Assembly (NCBI GenBank): GCA_017479425.1
Contig: JAFVCD010000036.1
Location: 12,130 to 76,129 of the forward strand
Direction: 5' to 3'
DNA length: 64,000 bases
Source of the DNA: Oscillospiraceae bacterium
Lineage (GTDB): Bacteria > Bacillota > Clostridia > Oscillospirales > Oscillospiraceae
Notes under the pieces: model-generated
The model's input: only the letters and a program-made list of their open reading frames with translations
Database searches by the model: none
What the model was told of the DNA's origin: nothing
In this document: piece by piece, positions 1-8,169 of the stretch
How the letters are laid out: every line of letters begins with the position of its first letter
Numbering within the stretch: position 1 is the first letter of the stretch
Made by a program: the position numbers and the translations under genes

Positions 1-276
1 AAGGATCTCCGCCTCCCGCTCACCGAGGAGCAGGTCAAGATCGAGGCGGCTCGCTGCCTCGGCTGCGGCGCTACCGTAGTCGACGTCAACCGATGCATCG
101 GCTGCGGACTCTGCACCACCCGCTGCGAGTTTGACGCTATCCACCTCAGCCGCGATCTTCCGGACGCCTCCAATATGATCCGCTGCGAGGATAAGCTCCC
201 CGTGGTAGCCGGCTACGCCGTAAAGCGCATCGCCAGAACTGCGTTCAAGAAGAACAACACCTCTAAGTACGAATAA
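1..276 (+). CDS. 4Fe-4S dicluster domain protein, C-terminal fragment (5' end outside window)
   Basis: Frame 1 is open from base 1 to TAA at 274-276. The translation contains CLGCGATVVDVNRCIGCGLCTTRCEFDAI, i.e. CxxCxxCxxxC ferredoxin-type motifs. Confidence 0.7.
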   Translation, partial: KDLRLPLTEEQVKIEAARCLGCGATVVDVNRCIGCGLCTTRCEFDAIHLSRDLPDASNMIRCEDKLPVVAGYAVKRIARTAFKKNNTSKYE

Positions 277-290
277 TACCTGTATAGAGT

Positions 291-653
291 ATGCATGAGA
301 TGGGAATAGTGCTGCATCTCGCCAAGACGCTTGACGAGACTGCAGCGGAGGAAAAGCTAACTAAAATCGGCTCGGTCACGCTTCAGGTAGGAGAGGTCAG
401 CGGAATTATGACCGACCTCTTCGTTGATGCGTGGAACTACTTCAAGGTGCGCCATCCGATTCTCGCAGAGAGCGAGCTGCGGCTCGAGACGATACCGGCG
501 GTAACTTGGTGCGACGGCTGCAAGTCGGAATACCCCACCGTTCAGTACGGCAAGATATGCCCGAAGTGCGGAAGCGAGGAAACCTGGCTTGTACGCGGTA
601 ATGAGTGCATCATAAAGGAAATCGAAGCCGAGGGCGGAGAAGAAACCGAATAA
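291..653 (+). CDS. hypA: hydrogenase nickel-insertion/maturation protein HypA
   Basis: N-terminal MHEMGI motif. Paired zinc motifs CDGC...CPKC. About 120 aa, typical of HypA. Confidence 0.85.
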   Translation: MHEMGIVLHLAKTLDETAAEEKLTKIGSVTLQVGEVSGIMTDLFVDAWNYFKVRHPILAESELRLETIPAVTWCDGCKSEYPTVQYGKICPKCGSEETWLVRGNECIIKEIEAEGGEETE

Positions 654-654
654 G

Positions 655-695
655 AAAAGGCTCCGGGTCATAATGACCCGGAGCCTGAATTTTTA
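655..695. terminator. bidirectional Rho-independent terminator between convergent hypA and the S-component gene
   Basis: Hairpin ggctccgggtc-ataat-gacccggagcc (659-685), flanked by an A-run upstream and a T-run downstream. Confidence 0.7.
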
Positions 696-702
696 TCTTG
701 TT

Positions 703-1260
703 TTATTTCAGCTTATTCCATAGATTCGCCTTCTCAAGCACCGGCTTGAGTGCAAAATACAGCACCGGCGCGACTGTCATCGCAAAAATCGCGTTTATCG
801 TGCTTGCGATTATCTTCTCGCCCATGATTATGAACGTCGCCTCGATGGTAAGTCCGTAGACAAAGTGGCGATAGATAAAGGTTTTAAGCATATAGAGGGC
901 AACGTAAGTCCACGCGCCGATGACCGCTCCGCCGACGACGGAGGCGTGGTTTCTGCGCGCTTCTCCGCCGGCTATGAGTGCGGCGACAGCCGCCATAGCA
1001 AACTTTGAAGCAAAGGTTATAAGCGCCTCATCAACGCCGTAGCCGTAGATGAAGTCGAAAAGTCCCGAGCCGATGCCAGCGGCAAGACCGCCGTACACCG
1101 GGCCGAGCAGAAGTCCCGACAGAATGCACATTGAATTTGCAAAATGCACGCGGCTTCCGAAGAGCGGAATTTCAATAAATAGCGTAAGGACGAACACGAT
1201 AGCCGCCATAAGTCCGGTCACAACTATCTTATAGGTGCTTTTAGAGCTGTTCTGTTCCAT
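703..1260 (-). CDS. ECF-transporter S component-like membrane protein (substrate unknown)
   Basis: Small protein with about 6 TM segments and Gly-rich helices (GLLLGPVYGGLAAGIGSGLFD) typical of ECF S components. ATG at 1260 is preferred over GTG at 1269 because GGAAGTGA lies 8 nt upstream of it. Confidence 0.6.
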   Translation of the reverse strand: MEQNSSKSTYKIVVTGLMAAIVFVLTLFIEIPLFGSRVHFANSMCILSGLLLGPVYGGLAAGIGSGLFDFIYGYGVDEALITFASKFAMAAVAALIAGGEARRNHASVVGGAVIGAWTYVALYMLKTFIYRHFVYGLTIEATFIIMGEKIIASTINAIFAMTVAPVLYFALKPVLEKANLWNKLK

Positions 1261-1309
1261 GGGGTTCACTTCCTTTTTTTGGGTATATGCCTATTATAAC
1301 CCCTGTTTC

Positions 1310-1756
1310 CTACTTGTCAAGTAGGTTTTCTCTGATATATCTGTCAGCCTTCTCAACAAACTCGCCGTAGTACTTCGGGTCGAGGAGCTTCATCGCCTCC
1401 TCCTTGGTTTCCCAGCGATATTCGCGCACCTCCTCCTTCTGCGCGGTAATGGGCGAATCGTCGCACTCCGCGGTGAAGAAGTGGTTGACCTTAAGAGTAC
1501 CGTGGCGCGTCGGATAGCACACGTCACCGATTAGCACGGGGTCGATTTTCGGTCTGAGGCCGGTCTCCTCATAGATTTCGCGCGTTGCGGTCTGAAGCTC
1601 GGTCTCGCCTTTTTCCATGTGACCCTTCGGCATAGACCAGCGGCCGCTCTTGACCTGCAGGAGAATAAGGTATTTGATTCCCTCCGGCGACCTTTTCCAG
1701 CAGGCAGCGCCGGCGGATACCTCGCGGGGTAAATTTTCGTACATTTTCATCACCAT
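1310..1756 (-). CDS. NUDIX hydrolase
   Basis: Nudix box GHMEKGETELQTATREIYEETG. The long N-terminal extension in the ORF track (to 1951) runs through a repeat element and a promoter, so the start is placed at the ATG cluster 1742-1756. Confidence 0.8.
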   Translation of the reverse strand: MVMKMYENLPREVSAGAACWKRSPEGIKYLILLQVKSGRWSMPKGHMEKGETELQTATREIYEETGLRPKIDPVLIGDVCYPTRHGTLKVNHFFTAECDDSPITAQKEEVREYRWETKEEAMKLLDPKYYGEFVEKADRYIRENLLDK

Positions 1757-1760
1757 TTGT

Positions 1761-1789
1761 ATTATATTCCCAAGCGGCGACATAGTCAA
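1761..1789 (-). promoter_or_regulatory. sigma-70-type promoter for the NUDIX/S-component genes
   Basis: On the minus strand: TTGACT (1789-1784), 17-nt spacer, TATAAT (1766-1761). The -10 element ends only 4 nt before ATG 1756. Confidence 0.5.
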
Positions 1790-1898
1790 GGTATAATTGC
1801 CTATTCTGCCGTAAGTGGATTTTTTCACTTTTCTCATAATCCCGAAACAGCGGCATAATATAGCTGAAAGAGCTCCACGCAAAAACGTGGAGCTCTTC

Positions 1899-2060
1899 AA
1901 TGCGTCGACAAAGTCTCCGCATCGAACATATTTTGCGCTCTCGGAGTGCAAAATATGACGCCTGCGGGCGGGTTATGCGACGTGAAGGGGCCTCTTGGCC
2001 GGCCCCTTCACAGATCCCCGCCTCCTTTATCCAACGCTTTTTCTTTTTTGCCTACAGTCT
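1899..2060 (+). mobile_element. MITE-like structured repeat, copy 1 (162 bp), flanked by a duplicated terminator hairpin
   Basis: About 90% identical to 57291-57452 and to the reverse complement of 28457-28617. Flanked by direct repeats 1866-1898 and 2061-2094 (gaaagagctccacgcaaaaacgtgGagctctt(t)c). Internal hairpins at 1927-1957 (14 bp) and 1982-2011 (11 bp). Confidence 0.75.
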
Positions 2061-2120
2061 GAAAGAGCTCCACGCAAAAACGTGAAGCTCTTTCTGATAT
2101 GGAGGGAGAAATGATGGTGA

Positions 2121-2552
2121 TTAGTTCTTTGCGCCTCTGAGGAAGGAGGCTACGATCACGAGCACGCTGCCGCCTATAAAGCCCACAGCGGATACGACCA
2201 TTGCGTAGAATACGCTCCAGCCGACCATGTTCTGGGAGTTATAGGAGAAGAGTCCGGCGATCATGAGGATTCTGTCGGAGATCTGAGCGCCGATAACGTA
2301 CATATAGAGTGCGATGGCACCGATAGCGGCGAAGGTGCTGATGTAATCGTGGTTGCCGAATCTGGTCTGAGACCAGATAGCGGCGAGAACGAGGACTATA
2401 CCGCAGATGCCGGCGCAGACGAGCAGGCCGAGATCTTTATAGGCATAGGCGGAGTTGATTGTGGAGCCGACGATGAGCGCGATGACTCCGACAAGCCCGA
2501 ACACTGCGGCGGCGCAGTTAATATAAGCGCCGATACTGAGCTTTTTAAGCAT
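2121..2552 (-). CDS. small integral membrane protein (4 predicted TM), function unknown
   Basis: Hydrophobic 143-aa ORF. GGAGG lies 9 nt upstream. The start is 1 nt after the GH3 stop codon, so the two are co-transcribed. Confidence 0.6.
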   Translation of the reverse strand: MLKKLSIGAYINCAAAVFGLVGVIALIVGSTINSAYAYKDLGLLVCAGICGIVLVLAAIWSQTRFGNHDYISTFAAIGAIALYMYVIGAQISDRILMIAGLFSYNSQNMVGWSVFYAMVVSAVGFIGGSVLVIVASFLRGAKN

Positions 2553-2553
2553 C

Positions 2554-5500
2554 TTACTTATCCTCCTTTTTCTTCATCTTGGCGATAACGTAGAGCGCTG
2601 CGAAGCCTACCATAAGGATGCCGCTGACCCACTCGGTCGCCTGATATGCGGTTCTCCAGAATACGGGGAGCTTAACGACTCTCGTGGAGGCGTCGTAGCG
2701 GTTCATGAGGTTGGACTGGCTCATTGCGAAGAGGATCTTGTGGACAGAAGCCTTGATGGCGTTCTGAGCGTTGGCGTCGCCCTTGAATACGGTGGCGTTG
2801 ATCTCAGAGCCGTCGACCTGACCGGCGAAGCGGCCGCCGTCGAGAGTGGTCTGGGTGTAGAAGCCGGCCATACCGCGGGTATCGTAGCAGGTAACACCGG
2901 AGGTGAGAACTGCGCCGTAGATGTCCATATCGTCGTAGATATCGGTTACTGCGTAGCCGCGGAAGCCGAACTCCTTGGCGAGGATGTTGGTCATAAGTCC
3001 GACGGAGGCGGTGCACTCAACGGGACCGATCTTGGAGAAGGAGACCATGAGGCCGCGCATACCCTGATCGAACTCGGGAGTGTCGTACTTGGTCGCCTCA
3101 AAGGCGTACTGATAGGCGCGGAGCTCAACCTCACGGGCGCGCTGCTCGGTCATGTAGGGAGCGACGCCGGAGCGGTTGGTCTCCTGATCGTTGAAGGCGT
3201 AGTGCTTCGGAGCTGCGATAAGACCGTACTTAAGAGCGCCGACAGCAAACTCCATAGCGGTTACGCCGGAGAGGATCGGATCCTCGGAGTAGTACTCGCC
3301 GTTACGGCCGTTGTAGGCGTGACGATGGGTGTTAAGACCGGGGCCCCAGAGGATGGGGATACCGACGAAGAGGGACTCCTCGCCGACGAACGCGCCAAGC
3401 TTGTAGCAGAGCTCGGGGTTGAAGGAGGAAGCGGTAAGCGGGCTGTTTCCGAATACCTCGGGATGCCAGTTGCCGTTCGGGTCAGACTCGGGGATGTTCC
3501 AGGGAGCGTCAGAGTCCTTGGAGGCCGCAAGACCGACGTCAACGCCGTTGCCTGCGTTCTCAGTCATGTAGGTCTCGACAGTGCCGATGGTGGATGCGCC
3601 GGGGATGGAGGGTCCGCCGTAGGTTGCGAGGTACTGAGCCTCTTCGAGAGTCATATTGTTGATAAGCTCTTCCCACTTCGGATCGTCAAAGTCAACGCCC
3701 CACATCTCATAGAACTTGGTGCCGTTGCCCTCTTCCCAGGTGATGGTGGAGGTATCGTCGGTGGTGTTGATGGTGTAGTACTTGCCGTTGAGGAGATCGA
3801 TGAGCTCCTGATTCTTGAGGGTAAGCTCATAGGTGTGAGGCCAGGTTGCCTGCCAGTCAGCGCGGCTGAGGTAGGTGACCTCGCCGTCCTGGAAGTAGTT
3901 CCAGTCAGCATACGGGAGCCGGTTGACTATCTTCTCGCCGGTCTTTGCGACAGAGAAGGCAGTGCGGGAAATGAAGCTCTCGTCGATATTCTTCTCGCAG
4001 ACGATGCCTGCGTTGCCGCCGACGGAGTGGCCCTGCTTCTCGAGAACGTTCTGAACAGCCTCGTGAGAGCCGTTAGCGGCGGTGAAGTAGTAAGCGCCGG
4101 GATCGAGAACGTAGCCGCCCTCGCCGTTATTGAGAGAGGAATCGTAGGAAGCGATGTACTGGAGGTCGACCTCGACCTTTACTGTCTCGCTTGCGCCGGG
4201 CTGGAGAACGCCGGACTTCTCATAATTGAGGAGCTGGATCGCGCTCTTCTCAAGGCCGCCGCGGGTGTAAGGAGCGGAGCCGTAGATCTGAACAGGCGTC
4301 TTGCCTGCAACAGAGCCGGTGTTGGTGACCTTTACGTTGAAGGTCGCGGTGCCGGTTACGGAGCCGTTGTCATTCTTGACTGCCTTGAACTCAGGCTCGC
4401 CTTCAAACTCGAAGGAGAAGGTTGTGTAGCTGAGACCGAAGCCGAAGGGATATGCAACCTCTTCGTCATAGTTCCATGCGCCGGTGGAAGCGTAGGTGCC
4501 GGCTGTGGAGGCGGCGTTGCCCTCGCCTACTACGGTGTCATAGTAACGGGTCTCATAGTAACGGTAGCCGACATAGATGCCCTCGGCCTCCATGATGTAA
4601 CGGCCGGTCTGACCGCCGAACATACCGCCGCCGCGGGTTACCATCTCAGCAGCGTTGGTGTAGCCGTAGTTGCCCATGTTCTGCATCGCGGGAGCGGACA
4701 TATTCTGGGCTGCAAAGATATCGAAGAGTCCGCCGGAGGGGCTTACTCTGCCGCAGAGGATGTCGGCAACGCCGAGCATACCGTAAGCGCCGGGTGCGCC
4801 GATCCAGAGGATAGCGTCGATGTCGGGATCGTTCTTGAGGTCAGCGATCTCAACAGAGGTGGAGGAGTTGACAAGCACGATGACCTTGTCAGAGGCTTCC
4901 TTGGCAAGTGCGATCGCGTCGCGCTCGTTCTTGGAAAGAGCGAGAGGCTCATCCATGCCGAGACCCGGAACAACTCCGCCGGGGAGATAGTCGTGGCTCT
5001 CGCCGGAAGCACGGGAGATGACTACGATGGCGGCGTCGCCGTACTGCTTGAAGGAATCCTTGTAGCTCGCGTTAACGCCTGCGATATCGTCAAGGCTCGG
5101 CTCGCGGGGGTCAAAGACCTCCTCGGCGCCCTCGTTGTACTCGTGGTGGTAGGTGGCGAGGAGCTTGTCGTAGATATCGATCATGGTCGGGTTTACGCCG
5201 TAGCCTGCACCCTCGAAATCGAACTCATCGCCGGTCCAGTCGGACATGGTGGGAGCAATGGTGGTCTCGCCGGTCTGCCAGTTGGTGGAGGCAGAGTCGG
5301 ACATCGTGTGCGCGAAGTCGGTGCGGTTGTCACGAAGAGCCTGCTCGAGATTGATGACAGCGCCCTTTACCTTGACGCCGAAGGCGGAGCCGAGGATGGG
5401 CTTGTGGCTGCGAATACCGAGAAGGGTGACGTTCGCGCCGGATGCAAGAGGCAGAACGCCGTTGTTCTTAAGAAGAACGCTGCCCTCATACGCCTGCTCG

Positions 5501-5748
5501 CGGTTGAGGTCGATCGCCTTCTGGATAAGAGCGTGGCTGTTGCCGGTTCCGTCAGAGTTGAGTACCTCTGCGGAGGGAACAAACTTGTCGTACAGAGCAC
5601 CGTCGGAAACTACCTTCTCCGACTGAGTGCCGAGGAAATTGTCGATCGGCTGGGCGTTCGCTTCAAGAGCGTTCCCGGCGATGATCGAGAGGGCGAGAAT
5701 GAAGCACATAAGGCTTGAAAGTCCTCGCCACAGTCCGGTTCTTTTCAT
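2554..5748 (-). CDS. glycoside hydrolase family 3 (beta-glucosidase/xylosidase-like), secreted with a C-terminal TM anchor
   Basis: GH3 motifs are present: VLLKNNGVLPL, FGFGLSYTTF, SEDPILSG, KHYAFNDQETNR, GYAVTDIYD. There is an N-terminal signal peptide and a C-terminal hydrophobic helix followed by KKKEDK. Confidence 0.9.
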   Translation of the reverse strand: MKRTGLWRGLSSLMCFILALSIIAGNALEANAQPIDNFLGTQSEKVVSDGALYDKFVPSAEVLNSDGTGNSHALIQKAIDLNREQAYEGSVLLKNNGVLPLASGANVTLLGIRSHKPILGSAFGVKVKGAVINLEQALRDNRTDFAHTMSDSASTNWQTGETTIAPTMSDWTGDEFDFEGAGYGVNPTMIDIYDKLLATYHHEYNEGAEEVFDPREPSLDDIAGVNASYKDSFKQYGDAAIVVISRASGESHDYLPGGVVPGLGMDEPLALSKNERDAIALAKEASDKVIVLVNSSTSVEIADLKNDPDIDAILWIGAPGAYGMLGVADILCGRVSPSGGLFDIFAAQNMSAPAMQNMGNYGYTNAAEMVTRGGGMFGGQTGRYIMEAEGIYVGYRYYETRYYDTVVGEGNAASTAGTYASTGAWNYDEEVAYPFGFGLSYTTFSFEFEGEPEFKAVKNDNGSVTGTATFNVKVTNTGSVAGKTPVQIYGSAPYTRGGLEKSAIQLLNYEKSGVLQPGASETVKVEVDLQYIASYDSSLNNGEGGYVLDPGAYYFTAANGSHEAVQNVLEKQGHSVGGNAGIVCEKNIDESFISRTAFSVAKTGEKIVNRLPYADWNYFQDGEVTYLSRADWQATWPHTYELTLKNQELIDLLNGKYYTINTTDDTSTITWEEGNGTKFYEMWGVDFDDPKWEELINNMTLEEAQYLATYGGPSIPGASTIGTVETYMTENAGNGVDVGLAASKDSDAPWNIPESDPNGNWHPEVFGNSPLTASSFNPELCYKLGAFVGEESLFVGIPILWGPGLNTHRHAYNGRNGEYYSEDPILSGVTAMEFAVGALKYGLIAAPKHYAFNDQETNRSGVAPYMTEQRAREVELRAYQYAFEATKYDTPEFDQGMRGLMVSFSKIGPVECTASVGLMTNILAKEFGFRGYAVTDIYDDMDIYGAVLTSGVTCYDTRGMAGFYTQTTLDGGRFAGQVDGSEINATVFKGDANAQNAIKASVHKILFAMSQSNLMNRYDASTRVVKLPVFWRTAYQATEWVSGILMVGFAALYVIAKMKKKEDK

Positions 5749-5911
5749 GGTTATCCTCCCTATTTCATAATTCAGGCATTACGCCCGATGTGGTGACTAT
5801 ACAATATCAAACCGGGGTTCAACTTAAAATAGGGTCGGAATAAACTGCACTTTTCACAACATAATTTACATTTTCGGTTTTTTGTGTTATCATATTGCCC
5901 AAAGAGGTGAG

Positions 5912-6628
5912 ATGATGAGGAATTACACCGCGTTTATAATCGAGGACGACGACGCATACGCAGAATACCTTGAAAAATGCCTGAAGCAGTACGGTGCCGA
6001 GAGCGGCTCGCAGTTTGTCGTTCGCCGCTATAACAAGGGCGAGAGCTTTCTTGCCGCCTACACTCCGCCCGCAGATATGATCTTTATGGACGTTGAGCTC
6101 GGGGACGGCTTTATGAACGGCATTGACGCGGCGAAGGCTCTGCGCGAGAAGGATACGATGTCGCTTCTCTTTTTCGTCACGAATATGCCGCAGTATGCCC
6201 CGAAGGGCTACGACGTCGACGCGATAGACTACATTCTCAAGCCCGTTAACTACAACTCTCTCAAAATAAAGCTCCAGAAGGCCGAAAAGATACTCCGGAG
6301 CCGCACCGGAGTGCCGGTAAAGATCCGCGTAAAGGACGGAATCCGCATAGTCCCCTCCTCCGATCTTCTTTATATTGAGGTAATGGGTCACGACCTTGTT
6401 TTCCGCACCTATGACGAGATGATCTCCGCCTACGGAACGCTCTCAGACCGCGAGCCGGAGCTCACAGCACACGATTTTGCTCGGTGCAGCGCGAGCTGCC
6501 TTGTGAATCTCCGCTATGTCCGCGGGCTTTACGGCGATGAGATACTCGTCGGCACCGAGCGCAAGAAGATTGGCCGCTCCAAGAAGAAGGAATTTATAGC
6601 CCGGCTGAACGCATACCTCGGAGGTTAA
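5912..6628 (+). CDS. LytTR-family response regulator
   Basis: REC domain (IIEDDD...MDVEL...ILKP) followed by a LytTR-type DNA-binding C-terminus. AGAGGTGA lies upstream of ATG 5912. Confidence 0.85.
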   Translation: MMRNYTAFIIEDDDAYAEYLEKCLKQYGAESGSQFVVRRYNKGESFLAAYTPPADMIFMDVELGDGFMNGIDAAKALREKDTMSLLFFVTNMPQYAPKGYDVDAIDYILKPVNYNSLKIKLQKAEKILRSRTGVPVKIRVKDGIRIVPSSDLLYIEVMGHDLVFRTYDEMISAYGTLSDREPELTAHDFARCSASCLVNLRYVRGLYGDEILVGTERKKIGRSKKKEFIARLNAYLGG

Positions 6629-6771
6629 AAGGTTGAAACAAGTTTCAACCTTATTGAAATCCAAGCCGTTTTTCTCGCCGCAAGCGGCAACCGAAAAACA
6701 TGGCGCTTTATGACCATTCCTTTTATGGCCATTTTGTGCCTTTAACATTTGTGAAAGGAATGGTCATAATT

Positions 6772-8076
6772 ATGGCTTCCGTTACAATTTTCGGGAGAGA
6801 AATCCCGCTCATGGCGTTTCTGTACTTTGCCGAGCTTGTTTTTGCTGAGCTGATTTTCTGCTGGGGCTTCAAAAAGCGCCGCCTTTTCTGGCTCATTATG
6901 CCGATCTCCGCGACAGCTCTCGGCTTTCTCAGCCCTTTTCTCAACCTTTATAATATCGGGCCGGGCTTTGTGCGCTTTCTCTCGCTGCTTCTGACTATCG
7001 CTATGTCGGTTGCCGTTATGCTCTTCTCCTTCGAGGGCGATTGGGTCGCCATAGTCATCAGCTCGATCGGCGGCGTGGCGGCTCAGCACATCGCCTCCAA
7101 GGCGTTCAACGCTCTTCAGCTCATACCCGCCGCAGAAATGCTGCGCGGTGGCGGAATAATACCGCTTATCGCTGAATTTCTCGTTTTTTGGGCGGTCATG
7201 GCGATAATCTATGCGATTTTCGTCAACAATCTGCGTTCTGTCAGGCCGGGGCTGAATCTCGGCATCATTTCCGCCTCGATCATCGTTCTGTGCATAGGCG
7301 TAAACCGCCTCGCCACGGATTTCGATCTCGTTACGCTTGAAGCGAAGCTTGCGACATATCTCTACGCGATAATCTCCTGCGTTTTCGCGCTCGTTATTCA
7401 GGTCTACATCGCAAAATGGCAGAACGAAAAGACCGACTCCGCCGTTATGCGCCGCCTGCTCGTTGACTCCGAGAAGCAGTACGACCAGTGGAAAACCTCA
7501 GCGATGGAGCTGAACGTGCGCTACCACGATATCAAGCATATGCTCGACAGAGTCGAGCGCCTCGCGGGCGAGTCGAACGTCAAGATACCCGATATTGGCG
7601 CGCGCAGGCGCTCGGTCGAGGAGCTTCAGCCGGTAGTTCGCACCGGAAACGACGTTCTTGACATTCTCTTCCGCAATATGGACGATCTCTGCCGCAGAGA
7701 GAACATCCGCCTCCAGTGCATCGCCTACGACGATGATCTCGGGCACTTCGACGGCATTCCGCTCTACTATCTCTTTGCCAACGCCATCGACAACGCGATC
7801 GAGGGCGCGCGCGGGGTCAGCGACCCGGATAAGCGCATAATAGACATCTCCATCCGCCGCTTCGGCGACAGCGTAATCATACATATCTGGAACTACTTTT
7901 CCGGCTCCGTAAGGTTCAGTGACGGACTTCCGGTTTCCTCCGGCGGTGACGAGCACGGCTACGGAATGCGAAGCATAAAGCTGATCGTTGATAGCCTCGG
8001 CGGCGCGCTCAGCGCCAGCGTCGACGGTGAGATCTTCAATCTCGACGTGATCCTGCCGATAAACGTGGAGGAATAA
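6772..8076 (+). CDS. AgrC-like GHKL sensor histidine kinase (polytopic)
   Basis: Six to seven N-terminal TM helices. H-box RYHDIKHML, N-box LFANAIDNAIEG, G-box GYGMRSIK. The start is uncertain (6700, 6760 or 6772). Confidence 0.8.
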   Translation: MASVTIFGREIPLMAFLYFAELVFAELIFCWGFKKRRLFWLIMPISATALGFLSPFLNLYNIGPGFVRFLSLLLTIAMSVAVMLFSFEGDWVAIVISSIGGVAAQHIASKAFNALQLIPAAEMLRGGGIIPLIAEFLVFWAVMAIIYAIFVNNLRSVRPGLNLGIISASIIVLCIGVNRLATDFDLVTLEAKLATYLYAIISCVFALVIQVYIAKWQNEKTDSAVMRRLLVDSEKQYDQWKTSAMELNVRYHDIKHMLDRVERLAGESNVKIPDIGARRRSVEELQPVVRTGNDVLDILFRNMDDLCRRENIRLQCIAYDDDLGHFDGIPLYYLFANAIDNAIEGARGVSDPDKRIIDISIRRFGDSVIIHIWNYFSGSVRFSDGLPVSSGGDEHGYGMRSIKLIVDSLGGALSASVDGEIFNLDVILPINVEE

Positions 8077-8100
8077 AATTTCCCGCGCTTTAAACGCTCT

Positions 8101-8131
8101 CTGGCGGGCTATTGGCCCGCCAGCTTTTTGT
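8101..8131 (+). terminator. Rho-independent terminator of the two-component operon
   Basis: ctggcgggc-tatt-ggcccgccag followed by ctttttgtt. Confidence 0.7.
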
Positions 8132-8132
8132 T

Positions 8133-8169
8133 CATTCTCTCTCTTTCTGCGCAAGAAAGAGAGAGAATG
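8133..8169. repeat. perfect 16-bp-stem palindrome
   Basis: cattctctctctttct-gcgca-agaaagagagagaatg, immediately after the kinase terminator. Confidence 0.8.

Noticed and set aside
291-653. hypA without hypB or other hyp genes nearby, as a possible anomaly.
   Set aside because: The upstream context is cut off by the window edge and hyp genes are often dispersed. There is not enough evidence for anything unusual.
1757-1951. N-terminal extensions offered by the ORF track: NUDIX to 1951, mreC from 20246, hisS from 25153, kduD to 62038, minD from 23902, REC-EAL to 57231 and SBP1 to 38860.
   Set aside because: The extensions overlap upstream genes, promoters or the repeat element. Internal starts have good Shine-Dalgarno sequences and match the N-termini of the respective families.
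1900-2085. 61-65-aa ORFs running through the 162-bp repeat copies (1900-2085, 57292-57489 and, on the other strand, 28399-28650).
   Set aside because: - Differences between copies are mostly non-synonymous (RSRS/RSES, GRV/GRI, ASF/AFF, FFFFAY/FFHFVY).
- The ORFs run out into non-homologous flanks.
- The sequence is dominated by palindromes.
- A structured non-coding element explains the conservation better.
2740-5718. 992-aa ORF on the plus strand, antisense to the GH3 gene.
   Set aside because: - The translation is low-complexity and rich in Gly, Ala, Val, Asp and Leu.
- There are no motifs and no RBS.
- This is the typical stop-free antisense frame of a GC-rich, codon-biased gene, and the GH3 frame carries clear family motifs.
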